A DNA stretch of 36,682 nucleotides from Octopus bimaculoides (GCF_001194135.2 NC_068995.1:35914871-35951552), one strand, 5' to 3'. Shown: positions 1 through 11,271, numbered from the stretch's first letter. Numbers and translations: made by a program. The notes: generated from the sequence alone by a model not told the origin.

Positions 1-353
1 TCGTCGTCGTTTAACGTCCACTTTCCATGCTAGCATGGGTTGGACGATTTGACTGAGGACTGATGAAACCAGATGGCCACACCAGGCTCCAATCTGATTT
101 GGCAGAGTTTCTACGGCTGGATGCCCTTCCTAACGCCAACCACTCAGAGAGTGTAGTGGGTGCTTTTACGTGTCACCCGCACGAAGGCCAGTCAGGTGGT
201 ACTGGCAACGACCACGCTCAAGATGGTGTATTTTATGTGCCACCTGCACAAGAGCCAACCCAGGGGCACTGGCAATGATCTCGCTCGAAAATCCTACGAA
301 GGCCAGTCCAGCGGTACTGGCAACGGCCACGCTCAAAATGGTGTATTTTATGT
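1..353 (-). mobile_element. 5'-truncated RTE-clade LINE 3' end (3' UTR with hairpin/pseudoknot modules, (GAC)n tail)
   Basis: Minus strand ends ...ccatgctagcatggaaagtggacgttaaacgacgacga. It is near-identical to copies at 5702, 9135, 12201, 15133, 17031 and 25232. Longer copies (2179-2512, 18198-18725) join this UTR to an RTE ORF2 C-terminus. Confidence 0.85.
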
Positions 354-903
354 ATTTAATATTTTTTTGTATATCAACTTGCCCAACTTGAATATCCTTA
401 CAGTTACTCCTCTACCAGCTCAAGTTCAAATCTCTTGAACACTACAAAGTGCATTCTATACCTGTCTTTAATATATATATATATAATACACATAATAGGA
501 TGTTGGAGCTTAACAATCACTGGAATTGGTGTTAACCTATTCAATGTTGGATGAACAATAGAGAATTCATTTTAATATAAAACAAAACAAAATTAAGTTT
601 AACAAAACAATGCTTAATCCAACAAGGATACACTTATTTCTTTCACTTTTAACACCCTAACTACATCTACTACAATACAAGTGCTTAATGGCTAACAAAT
701 ACCAACATAAGAGCTTCTTGTATATGACAGCCACTTGAATAAATACAATCACCATCACTTAACTTAATTCACCAATGTGTTTATGCCATCCAACTGATAT
801 TATGAAAGTATGAAGAGACACAATCCTACTTGTCCATTTGTGCACAATAAACAGGCTACATGGAACAAATAAAGTATCCTTTATGTTTAGAAAGAAGAGT
901 TAA

Positions 904-1101
904 CCCTTTTTGTTACCATATTTATGTTTCAATATTCTGCCTTTGTTTCAATCAATTTTGAAAACAATTTAATTAGATAACTCTGTCATTATTAAGCTGG
1001 TATCTAGAATATAAATTAACATGAAAGACTTTAATTTACATCACTTTAACATGGAATTTGTATCATTGAACTGAAGCCAGTTTCAGGTAGGTTGGTATTA
1101 A
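904..1101. mobile_element. Degenerate TTAA-flanked piggyBac-type MITE (family of 11047-11267)
   Basis: Starts TTAA|CCCTTTTTGTTACC. Ends ccagtttcaggtaggttggtattaaa, resembling the reverse complement of the 11047 left end; the right terminus is eroded. Confidence 0.5.
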
Positions 1102-1530
1102 ATTTGCTTCATGACCTATTGTCTCAGAAAGGGAGAACACATAGGATAATATGGCCCTAAATACAATATTTGAGAAACAGATGAGGTGATCATGTCTGGA
1201 ACACTAACCATAACCAACTCATCATGGCTGAAATACTATCAAACATTGATTGGTCTACTAGAGCAAGGTTGGCCAGTGGCTATACAACAACATGACTACA
1301 TATTCATTTGATCTTTTTTATCTTCCCATCATATAGAAAATGTATAAATCACTTTTATGTACAAATTGCAAGCAATAAAAAAGAGTGCAAAATGACTCCC
1401 CGGTCAAATTAATTAACATGATATCTCTTTATACATATACTGATATATTCATAAACACAGGGATCAGCAATCTTCACAAAATGACTCCAATTGATCTTTA
1501 TATATAAATATAAATATAAATATATATATA

Positions 1531-1761
1531 TACTCTTTACTCTTTTACTTGTTTCAGTCATTTGACTGCGGCCATGCTGGAGCACCGCCTTTAGTCAAGC
1601 AAATCGACTCCAGGACTTATTCTTTGGAAGCCTAGTACTTATTCTATCAGTCTCTTTTGCCGAACCGTTAAGTTATGGGGATGTAAACACACCACCATCG
1701 GTTGTCAAGCGATGTTGGGAGGACAAACACAGACACACAAACACACACACACACACACACA
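1531..1761 (-). mobile_element. tRNA-derived SINE family B, 3' half (runs into gap)
   Basis: (TAAAAGAG)n tail, ggcggtgctccagcatggccgcagtcaaatgactgaaacaag body and internal (TG)n; matches the full copy at 19010-19420. Confidence 0.85.
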
Positions 1762-2178
1762 NNNNNNNNNNNNNNNNNNNNNNNNNNNNNNNNNNNNNNN
1801 NNNNNNNNNNNNNNNNNNNNNNNNNNNNNNNNNNNNNNNNNNNNNNNNNNNNNNNNNNNNNNNNNNNNNNNNNNNNNNNNNNNNNNNNNNNNNNNNNNNN
1901 NNNNNNNNNNNNNNNNNNNNNNNNNNNNNNNNNNNNNNNNNNNNNNNNNNNNNNNNNNNNNNNNNNNNNNNNNNNNNNNNNNNNNNNNNNNNNNNNNNNN
2001 NNNNNNNNNNNNNNNNNNNNNNNNNNNNNNNNNNNNNNNNNNNNNNNNNNNNNNNNNNNNNNNNNNNNNNNNNNNNNNNNNNNNNNNNNNNNNNNNNNNN
2101 NNNNNNNNNNNNNNNNNNNNNNNNNNNNNNNNNNNNNNNNNNNNNNNNNNNNNNNNNNNNNNNNNNNNNNNNNNNNNN

Positions 2179-2512
2179 CTAACGCCAACCACTCAGAGAG
2201 TGTAGTGGGTGCTTTTACGTGTCACCTGCACGAAAACGGCCACGCTCGAAATGGTGTCTTTTATGTGCCACCCGCACAAGCCAGTCCAGGGGCACTGGCA
2301 ACGATCTCACTCGAAAATCCTACGGGAGCCAGTCAGGCGGTACTGGCAACGGCCACGCTCAAAATGGTGCATCTCATGTGCCACCCGCACAAGAGCCAGT
2401 CCAGGGGCACTGGCAACGATCTTACTTGGCTTGCCGGGTCTTCTCACGCACAGCACATTTCCAAAGGTCTCGGTCAGTAGTCATCGCCTCGGTGAGGCCC
2501 AATGTACGAAGG
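2179..2512 (-). mobile_element. RTE LINE 3' end including the last ~30 codons of ORF2
   Basis: Minus 2511-2422 reads LRTLGLTEAMTTDRDLWKCAVREKTRQAK* (stop at 2422-2424), an RTE ORF2 C-terminal pattern, followed directly by the hairpin/pseudoknot UTR. Confidence 0.85.
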
Positions 2513-2532
2513 TATATATATATATATATATA

Positions 2533-2754
2533 ATGATATATACATTTTCCTACAGTCCACATGTATATGACACTATATACACTTGCTCATAGTCTACATG
2601 TATACAATATCATATATACTTGGCCACTGTCCACATGTATATGATATCATATACATTTTCTCATTGTCTGTATGTATATAATATTATATACACTTGCACA
2701 CTAGCCACATGTATATGATATCATATACAATAGCCCATAGTCCACATTTATATA
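2533..2754. repeat. ~37-bp minisatellite, 6 degenerate units
   Basis: Unit approximately ATGATATCATATACACTTGCTCATAGTCCACATGTAT, repeated six times. Confidence 0.8.
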
Positions 2755-3244
2755 TGGAGGTTTTCAAAAAAGTTGGCCAAAGAATATACCATAAGCTACG
2801 ATATCTCAACACAGCTGAAAAATTTGGAGAGAGGTTGTGTCACTTGTTAAACAGAAGTGAAGCTGTGACAATATAAAACTAACAGTTCTAAATGGAGTAT
2901 GTTAATGAAGTCTCTTGTGGTATTTGTTGTTTGTAAGAGATTCAATGTAATGTCAATATTTGAGAGGCATATCAGTAGATATTAGAATAACTGTTTCACT
3001 AACTGCACTAAATAGTAAGTAAATATCTGACGCAATCCGGAGACCTGATAATGTTACCAGTTCCAGAAAGACTGCAATGCCATATATGGTGTGCTGATAA
3101 AAACAACATGGAATTCAGTACTAGAAAATGTCAACAATTCTATCACTAATATTCTGTGACAAAGATATGCAGAGCAAAAGGAAATTGGCATTCCAGAATT
3201 ATTGTATGCACAAGCTTAGGAATTATAATGAACATGTCTGTTTT

Positions 3245-3283
3245 GCTAGCATGGAAAGCGGACGTTAAACGATGATGATGATG
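3245..3283 (+). mobile_element. Very short RTE 3' tail
   Basis: gctagcatggaaagcggacgttaaacgatgatgatgatg. Confidence 0.75.
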
Positions 3284-3336
3284 AATGATTGGATTTGTGC
3301 TATTGAAAGAGACCAAGCAGAATTGTTCCAATTTAA

Positions 3337-3951
3337 CCCTATAGCATTCAGATTATTTTGTCAAATATAATGTTTATTTATTCACATGATTTGGAATTAA
3401 TCATGCATTATCTCATAGCTTTGGGATTTCAATGATATCATCATCATCATCATCATTATCATTTGACATTTTGACATCTATTGTCCATGCTGGCATGGGT
3501 TGGACGGTTTAACCAGACATTGTAAACTGAGGGGCTGCACCAGACTCAAGACTGGTCAGTCATGGTTTCTAGGGCTGGATGCCCTTCCTGACGCAAACCA
3601 CTGAGAGAGTGTAATTGGAGTTTTACATGCCACCAGCACAGGTGCCAGTTGCATGATACCAGTATCTGCCACAACTAGGATTTTACTTGGCTTGATGAGT
3701 CTTCTGCTGAAGCACAGCATATTGCTGAAGGTCTCAGTCATTTGTCATTGCCTCTGTGAGGCCCAACACTCAAAAGATGCTTTTTACGTGCCACCAGCAT
3801 GGCTCTAGTTACACGACACCAGCACAGATGATGATGTGATTATATATATTTTTAATGACACTGTAGGATAGATGTAAGAGGTCAGTTCTAGTTAGTTTGA
3901 ACATAAAACAGAATATTGGGGCCAGATATGGCTGGTTTAAATGCTAAAGGG
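3337..3951. mobile_element. piggyBac-type MITE (family of 11272-11489) interrupted by an RTE 3' end
   Basis: TTAA|CCCTATAGCATT ... AATGCTAAAGGG|TTAA termini (TTAA at 3333-3336 and 3952-3955). The body is the reverse complement of 11272-11489. Confidence 0.8.
3436..3826 (-). mobile_element. Older-subfamily RTE 3' end nested in the MITE
   Basis: (ATC)n at 3436 on plus, ggaagggcatccagcc motif, two pseudoknot units and an ORF2-C-terminus-derived segment (gggcctcacagaggcaatgac...gccaagtaa). Confidence 0.75.
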
Positions 3952-4029
3952 TTAAACATACTCTAAAGATCTCTGTTCATATTTTAGTGTATACGGGAAG
4001 AATGGGGGGTTCAAGTTACATGTGAATGT

Positions 4030-4790
4030 TGTTTTTGTCTAGAAGGGTAAATGAGGAGAATCATCACATAAGCAACATGTGTTGTTAGAATGATAGCAAG
4101 TAAGTTGTTAATATACTGAAGATCATTTCTGAACCATGGAGTACACTATACTTTAAGGAACATAGGTTGGAGAAAGGCCTTTTGGCATATGCAAGCAATG
4201 GTGCAATTCAACATGAAATTTTTCTAATCCAAGATATGAGAGATGGATGAAAACCACAGCTGAGAAGCTTAGCCAGGGGGTTTTCACGCTGGACAAGAGT
4301 GAGAATTTTGATAGTGTGAAGAGTGACATCACTGTTTTTACCTGGACAAGGGGTCACTGCTAACTGACATAGGAAAGAAGGTTACTAGTTGATCTAACAC
4401 TGTAGAAGCTATACCAGGGCTTGGATTAATTGGACACAACAAGGCTGATGAGAGGTGAAGAGACACAAATGGGTCAGGGGTATCTCAGACATGAAAGTAT
4501 GAGACCAGCCAACACCAACCGAGGAACAAAGGCCTTTACAGCAGTAGCTGAGAAAGGAGACAGCATATCAGTGTGCAAAATGCTAGGGCATATCACATAG
4601 TAATGGAACATTAATCAGTTGAGTGACCTTCTCTGGATATGGACCAGGATGGTGGTGTGTTTAGCAGAAGCACTGTCCCACATATGGGGACAGGATTCCA
4701 TTGTGGGCATCACTTGAGGATTGTATAAAGTCAACAGATGTTGCAGGCCAAAGTATTTTCTGGACATGAAAAGACAGGCAGACCTAACTG
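4030..4790 (-). pseudogene. Degenerate CR1/L2/Jockey-group LINE reverse transcriptase fragments
   Basis: Minus 4790-4500 gives LLTLYNPQVMPTMESCPHMWDSAS...LVHIQRR (post-RT LYK.Q.RP..EYC..IW motif). Minus 4330-4030 gives ENPLAKLLSCGFHPSLISWI...SVLHGS...YINNLL...CDDS (RT core VPQGS/INDL/ADD region). Stops and frameshifts are present. Confidence 0.65.
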
Positions 4791-5311
4791 TGCTAACTAC
4801 ATATACAACTAATTTATTTAAGAAAAAGGTTTTTGGTTTGCACTAAAATTACCTAGTAATACAGGAAGAGCTAGTTTTTATAATTTTCACCATCACCTAA
4901 GCTAATGGTGAAAATATGAAATTAACTCTTCCTGACAATTGCATGGTAATTTTGGAAAAATTAACCCTTCTTAATTGTATGACAATTTTGGAGAATATTT
5001 GATTCATGAGATTATTGTTCATTTATGTTTAGTTTAGTCCTAACCACAGCCAAGTGATTGTCTTGCCTTTTCTGAAAACGGAGATGGTTTCAATAAGAAT
5101 TATTTCTTATGGTATTTAATATAACTTTATTCATCTTTGTTGTTCAAATACATGCCACTGGCCACTTTGGGTTATTTCTCTTAGTTCATTTTCATTTAAA
5201 TTATATATGTGTGTAGGTGTATGCATGTGTATATATATCTGACAAAGGACTGAGATATCTGGAGCCTTGCTGTACTCAGGAAGATCTATCCACCACAGCA
5301 GAATTTATACC

Positions 5312-5525
5312 GATGCTGATGCCACATAAAAAGTACTGGTGCTAATGCAACATAAGAAGTACTTGTGCTGGTGTGACAACAAGAGCCCTGGTGCTGGTGC
5401 CACATAAAAAAACAGCTACTACACATTGTAAAGTGGTTGGCATTAGGAAGGACAACTAGTTTTAAAGCAATGCCTCAATAATATATTTGCATGACCCATG
5501 CTAACATACAGAGATGAACATAAAA
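5312..5525 (+). mobile_element. Old RTE-related 3' end with four tandem ~26-bp pseudoknot units
   Basis: 4x degenerate GTGCTGGTGCCACATAAAAAGCACTG, then tactacacattgtaaagtggttggcattaggaagg and gacccatgctaacat. Confidence 0.6.
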
Positions 5526-5701
5526 GCAGACAAATATATATATATATCTATGTATAGGCTTGAAAACACTGGAAGAAAATCACTCTGATTTTAACATTTT
5601 CTCACAATATTTCCTCCTATTTTTTCCCTATGTCTTCTTGTTTAGCAACCTCTCATAATAACACTTCCATACTACTTTGTTTTCTTTATCAGTAATAACA
5701 A

Positions 5702-5886
5702 GTCGTCGTTTAACGTCCGCTTTCCATGCTAGCATGGGTTGGACGATTTGACTGAGGACTGGTGAAACCAGATGGCTACACCAGGCTCCAATCTGATTTG
5801 GCAGAGTTTCTACAGCTGGATGCCCTTCCTAACGCCAACCACTCAGAGAGTGTAGTGGGTGCTTTTAAGTGTCACCCGCATGAAGG
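5702..5886 (-). mobile_element. 5'-truncated RTE 3' end
   Basis: Near-identical to 1-190; begins just upstream of the last pseudoknot. Confidence 0.85.
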
Positions 5887-6216
5887 GAATAGATATTACC
5901 TCTTGGCATTGATACTGCCTCTGTCACTAACATATATTTTTTTTTTTTTAACATGATACATTGCCAGAACCTCTAACTCTTTCAGTTTCAACAAAGTATG
6001 CTACTTTATTCCATTCTGTATATACTTTCCACTTTCCACCAATGACATCTTGATTTTTCTCTGGAACATAGTCTTGCAGTCTGAAACATCTCATGCATCA
6101 GATTCTCACATTCCAGAAAATGTGCAAATCACTTCTTTTCTATTTACTCTCCCTCTGTCTTTTATTAATGTTCCTGCTAATAGTCTGCCTTCTCAACAAG
6201 TTGATTACTTACATTG

Positions 6217-6536
6217 CAGGCATGGCTCTGTGGTTTCTTGTACATTCCTACTGCAAGGTACCTTGAGCAAGTGTTTTCAACAATAGTCTTAGGCACATCA
6301 AAGCCTTGTGTGCAGATTTGGTAGACAGAAACATTATGTGCTTATTGTAAGCAGGCATGGCTGTGTGGTACAAAGCTTGCTCCCTAACCACATGGTTCAG
6401 GGTTCAGTTCTACCGTGTGGCACCTTGAGCAAGTGTCTTCTACTATAGCCTTGGGCTGACCAAAGCCTAGTGAGTGAATTTGGTAGACAGAAACTGAAAG
6501 AATCCCATCACATATATATATATATATATATATATA
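6217..6536 (+). mobile_element. Two tandem SINE family B heads (old 6217-6340, younger 6352-6536) ending in (TA)n and a gap
   Basis: ggcatggctgtgtggta...ggttcagttc A/B-box-like head, then caccttgagcaagtgtcttctactatagcc...gaaactgaaag. Confidence 0.75.
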
Positions 6537-7139
6537 NNNNNNNNNNNNNNNNNNNNNNNNNNNNNNNNNNNNNNNNNNNNNNNNNNNNNNNNNNNNNNNN
6601 NNNNNNNNNNNNNNNNNNNNNNNNNNNNNNNNNNNNNNNNNNNNNNNNNNNNNNNNNNNNNNNNNNNNNNNNNNNNNNNNNNNNNNNNNNNNNNNNNNNN
6701 NNNNNNNNNNNNNNNNNNNNNNNNNNNNNNNNNNNNNNNNNNNNNNNNNNNNNNNNNNNNNNNNNNNNNNNNNNNNNNNNNNNNNNNNNNNNNNNNNNNN
6801 NNNNNNNNNNNNNNNNNNNNNNNNNNNNNNNNNNNNNNNNNNNNNNNNNNNNNNNNNNNNNNNNNNNNNNNNNNNNNNNNNNNNNNNNNNNNNNNNNNNN
6901 NNNNNNNNNNNNNNNNNNNNNNNNNNNNNNNNNNNNNNNNNNNNNNNNNNNNNNNNNNNNNNNNNNNNNNNNNNNNNNNNNNAAAATACATCTGATTCAT
7001 ATAGATGAACAATGAAATGTTCTGTTTTTACCATTTTGATTTTGTCTTGTTGAGTTTGATAAACGAATGAAAGTGCTAATAAAGAATTATCCTAAATTCT
7101 GACTGCTTCTTTTTTTCTCAATATATATCATGGACTCTC

Positions 7140-7432
7140 CTGTCATTAGATGATGTGTGAGGGTTCAGTAATTTCTTGTTGAACCACCACACATCTGATC
7201 TGTTTAACGTGATCAAATGTTTGTGTAAACATAAGCTCACTCCCTCCATCAAATCAACATTACCTGTACAGGTGCACCATGTGCCACATGTCAGATGATG
7301 AAATGATCACAGAAGAGCAATGTGAAATGAAGTGCTTTTGCTCAAGAACACAACGCAATGCCCAGTCTCGGAATTGAACCCACAATCTCACAATCATGAG
7401 TGCAATACCCTAACCACTAAGCCATGTGCCTT
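7140..7432 (-). mobile_element. tRNA-derived SINE family C (CORE-like central domain)
   Basis: Minus head ggcacatggcttagtggttagggtattgcactcatgattgtgagattgtgggttcaattcc, then gtgttcttgagcaaaagcacttcatttcacattgctc; related to 32043-32368. Confidence 0.65.
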
Positions 7433-8239
7433 GACGTAACNNNNNNNNNNNNNNNNNNNNNNNNNNNNNNNNNNNNNNNNNNNNNNNNNNNNNNNNNNNN
7501 NNNNNNNNNNNNNNNNNNNNNNNNNNNNNNNNNNNNNNNNNNNNNNNNNNNNNNNNNNNNNNNNNNNNNNNNNNNNNNNNNNNNNNNNNNNNNNNNNNNN
7601 NNNNNNNNNNNNNNNNNNNNNNNNNNNNNNNNNNNNNNNNNNNNNNNNNNNNNNNNNNNNNNNNNNNNNNNNNNNNNNNNNNNNNNNNNNNNNNNNNNNN
7701 NNNNNNNNNNNNNNNNNNNNNNNNNNNNNNNNNNNNNNNNNNNNNNNNNNNNNNNNNNNNNNNNNNNNNNNNNNNNNNNNNNNNNNNNNNNNNNNNNNNN
7801 NNNNNNNNNNNNNNNNNNNNNNNNNNNNNNNNNNNNNNNNNNNNNNNNNNNNNNNNNNNNNNNNNNNNNNNNNNNNNNNNNNNNNNNNNNNNNNNNNNNN
7901 NNNNNNNNNNNNNNNNNNNNNNNNNNNNNNNNNNNNNNNNNNNNNNNNNNNNNNNNNNNNNNNNNNNNNNNNNNNNNNNNNNNNNNNNNNNNNNNNNNNN
8001 NNNNNNNNNNNNNNNNNNNNNNNNNNNNNNNNNNNNNNNNNNNNNNNNNNNNNNNNNNNNNNNNNNNNNNNNNNNNNNNNNNNNNNNNNNNNNNNNNNNN
8101 NNNNNNNNNNNNNNNNNNNNNNNNNNNNNNNNNNNNNNNNNNNNNNNNNNNNNNNNNNNNNNNNNNNNNNNNNNNNNNNNNNNNNNNNNNNNNNNNNNNN
8201 NNNNNNNNNNNNNNNNNNNNNNNNNNNNNNNNNNNNNNN

Positions 8240-8475
8240 TATATATATATATATATATATGCATGTGCCTTTGTGTCTGTGTTTGTCCTCACCACTGTTT
8301 GACAACCAGTTTTTACATCCCTGTAACTTAGCGATGTGGCAAAAGAGACTGATAGAATAAGTACCAGACTTTAAAAAAAATAAATGCTGGGACTGCTTCA
8401 TTTAACTAAAACAAATTCTTTAAGGCAGTACCCCAGCATGGACACAGTCTAATGACTGAAACAAATAAAAGATAA
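8240..8475 (+). mobile_element. SINE family B 3' half
   Basis: tgtgtctgtgtttgtcc...gcaaaagagactgatagaataagtacc...ccccagcatggacacagtctaatgactgaaacaaataaaagataaa. Confidence 0.75.
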
Positions 8476-8627
8476 ATGTGGGTGTGGTGTGGGGGTGTCA
8501 CTCAAGTAAAATTCGGACTACAACAAATATTATCTTTTCTTTTAATTAACGCCTGGTATTTATTTCATAGGTCTCTTTTGCTGAATCCCTAAGGTCTACG
8601 ACAAATATTATCTTCTTTGAAGACAAG

Positions 8628-8730
8628 TGGGTGTCGGAAAAAGAACTTCCAGCCATAGAAAAATCTACCCAAACAAATTTCATCTGACCCATGCAAGGCA
8701 TGGAAAAGTGGACATTAAAACGAAGACAAT
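8628..8730 (+). mobile_element. Old short RTE-type 3' end
   Basis: gggtgtcggaaaaagaacttccagccatagaaaa...gacccatgcaaggcatggaaaagtggacattaaaacgaagac. Confidence 0.55.
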
Positions 8731-9134
8731 AATCTTCTATTCAAGCATAGCCATTTTTAATTTTGTCATCCCTTCTTTCTTAGTTTTCCCTGCTAAACAC
8801 ATGACCTAATGATACCTCCTGCTGAGAACTAATTCTTTCCTCACTATCATTTCTCCAACTCATGGTGGCCTGCAGATGCTCAAACGGGTAAACAGACTCA
8901 AACAGTTTAACATGACTATGTACCATATATCCCTGATACACAATATCTATAATAATAAAGTGAAATCCTGGCTGTTCGTTCATCCAGGACCTGTATCTCA
9001 GTCTACATTTGTTCTACATGAATATATCTCTTTGAAATCAAGATGTCCTAGGATTGAAAACCTGCCCTTCATTTGGTTCTTGAACATCCAGCATTGGAAA
9101 CAGGTCTGAATGTAGATTTGTTATATGCTAACAG

Positions 9135-9433
9135 ATCATCATCATCGTCGTTTAACGTCCGCTTTCCATGCCAGCATGGGTTGGACGATTTGACTAAGGA
9201 CTGGTGGACCAGGAGGCGACACCAGGCTCCAATATGATTTGGCAGAGTTTCTACAGCTGGATGCCTTTCCTAACGCCAACCACTCCGGGAGTGTAGTGGG
9301 TGCTTTTACGTGCCACTGGCACAAAGGCCAGTCAGGCGGTACTGGCAACGGCCATGCTCGAAATGGTGTATTTTACATGCCACCTGCACAGGGCCAGTCG
9401 AGGGGCACTGGCAACGATCTCGCTCGGGAAAAT
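9135..9433 (-). mobile_element. 5'-truncated RTE 3' end with two hairpin/pseudoknot modules
   Basis: (ATC/GTC)n tail at 9135 on plus; pseudoknots at 9298-9323 and 9365-9390. Confidence 0.85.
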
Positions 9434-9737
9434 GCAAATTTTAAAAGAACTCCAAAAATTTGTGAACTTACAAGTTTTTCATTTAAACTGAATTTAAAGT
9501 AATGTCATATTGGTAGGGTAATACCATATTGATAGGGTACCAATTAATACTTTATTATTATTGCTCTCTCTAGTTTTGAGCCACAGGCCCAATGAGCCCT
9601 CTGTAGGAGCTAGCTTAAAAATCTGCACACAGTGCGGCTTTTAAGTTAGTACTCAAATAAAAGTTAAATCTCATGTAAAAGTTGACCACCCATCCCATTC
9701 CCCACTTTTGAGGGGCTTAAATTTTGAAATTTACCAT

Positions 9738-10130
9738 CTTTTATCTTTTATTTTAACTTGTTTCAGTCATAACACTGTGGCCATGCTGGGGCACCAGCTT
9801 GAAGGGTTTCAGCCAAATGAATCGATCCCAGTTCCTTTTTTTTTTAAACCCTGAAACTTATTCAATAGGTCTCTTTTGTCAAACTGCTAAGTTATGGGGA
9901 CATAAACACACCAACAACAGTTGCCAAGCAATGGTGGGAGACAAACGTAAACACAAAGCTGCATACACATGGATATTTATATATATACATGATGAGCTTC
10001 TTTCAGTTTCCATCTTCCAAATCCACTCACAAGGCTTTGCTCAGCCCAAGGCCATAGCCCAAGGTACCACACAGTAGGAGTGAACCAGGAACCATGCAGT
10101 TGGGAAGCAAACTTTTTACCACACAGCCAC
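9738..10130 (-). mobile_element. Full-length SINE family B
   Basis: Head gtggctgtgtggtaaaaagtttgcttcccaactgcatggttcctggttca, central (TA)n and 3' tail all present. Confidence 0.8.
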
Positions 10131-11046
10131 AAATAAGAGATACATTTCCTAATTAAGAGATTATCAAATATACAACAGTATAGTAAGAAACTTAATTTGT
10201 TCTTCGTTATTATGCATTTTGATATACAGTTCACAAACATATTAAATTACATGTTTATCAAGTTTATTATCAAAAAAGAAATAAATTACTGTTATATACA
10301 ATTAGTGTAGTATAATTACATAATCATTTCTTGCATGTAGTTACCAGTAGAGTTCACTCTAATCACCAGTACTTAATTCTTTATCAGTGGTATTTTAATT
10401 ACTATTATTACAATTTTTGTCAACTATGGCAATTGAAAAGACTGCATAAAATTCAGAACAGATTCTCATTTGTTAGTACAGCTGATGTTAGCTTCTGCCT
10501 AGCACTTGCAGAATACAGTGATGCAACCCAGGAAAAACAAGAAACATACAGCAGCATGCGAAAAACTTCCTGGAGTTATTAAAAAGACATACAGCTGTGT
10601 TGCAGTTAGTGGATTTAGTATTTTGAAGAAACTTTTTAGATAAGGTGAGAAAGAAAGTATGGTGACAAATCACTCTTTCAATTCCTCACATTTGAAAAAG
10701 AAAATTTACTAAGTGGAAAATGTGTAACTTATGGAACCATCTGAATTTATTATGCAAAAGAACTGAAAAGAAGGTTGAAACTTTGGATTATAAGATAAAT
10801 GCTAGATGGAGTAGATAATGGTATTAGATGGTATGATTTGATATTTCAGTAGAGAATGGAGATTACATGAGGACTACCTGTTGGTCTACATAATATTGAA
10901 TCTAGGTGAGACTAGTATTTCATCAATTTTACAGTTAAAAATAGGTAGAAGGAAGGAAAAGATTATGATGTGTTGAAAAGATAGACAAAACACCTGGAAA
11001 TCGTGACATACCAGAAAAACAAACTGTGATCCAAATTGCAGTTTAA

Positions 11047-11267
11047 CCCTTTCGTTACCAACCCCAGCTGAAACCGGCTCTGGTTCTGAGTACAAATGTC
11101 TTGTTTTTATAAGTTTTGAATTAAAATCTTCTACCAAACCTTAGTCACAATTTATGTTCCTAACACTAGCTGAATGATAACTAAGTTATTTTACTAAATT
11201 CTTTGTTATATTTAAAGTAATTCAAAGAAACACAGAGCATCTCAAAATAAATACGGTAATGAAAGGG
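11047..11267. mobile_element. piggyBac-type MITE 1
   Basis: TTAA (11043-11046) CCCTTTCGTTACC ... GGTAATGAAAGGG TTAA (11268-11271): 13-bp TIR with one mismatch and TTAA target. Confidence 0.85.
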
Positions 11268-11271
11268 TTAA

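Noticed and set aside
52-75. CTGAGGA/CTGATGA..GAAAC in the RTE antisense strand as a hammerhead
   Set aside because: No room for stem II between the core and GAAA, no stem III or NUH site, and CTGATGA is not conserved in other copies.
181-353. CRISPR-like look of palindromic repeats with spacers
   Set aside because: Eukaryotic repeat context, the spacers are themselves repeated and ORF2-derived, and there are no cas genes.
63-438. Recurrent ORFs MKPDG.TRLQSDLAEFL.. / MLLRVTRTKASQ.. / MSPARRPVRW..
   Set aside because: They are antisense translations of the RTE 3' UTR, open in several frames with variable ends; not a gene family.
8517-8614. ~20-bp direct repeat ctac(a/g)acaaatattatctt around a SINE scrap
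   Set aside because: Probably an ordinary TSD or local duplication; too small to interpret.
9038-9105. Possible minus-strand terminal exon (LFPMLDVQEPNEGQVFNPRTS*)
   Set aside because: Weak acceptor, very short, no recognisable homology; needs RNA-seq.
10450-11030. Purine-rich stretch with protein-like short frames
   Set aside because: Multiple stops and no motif I can name; possibly an old TE, but unsupported.
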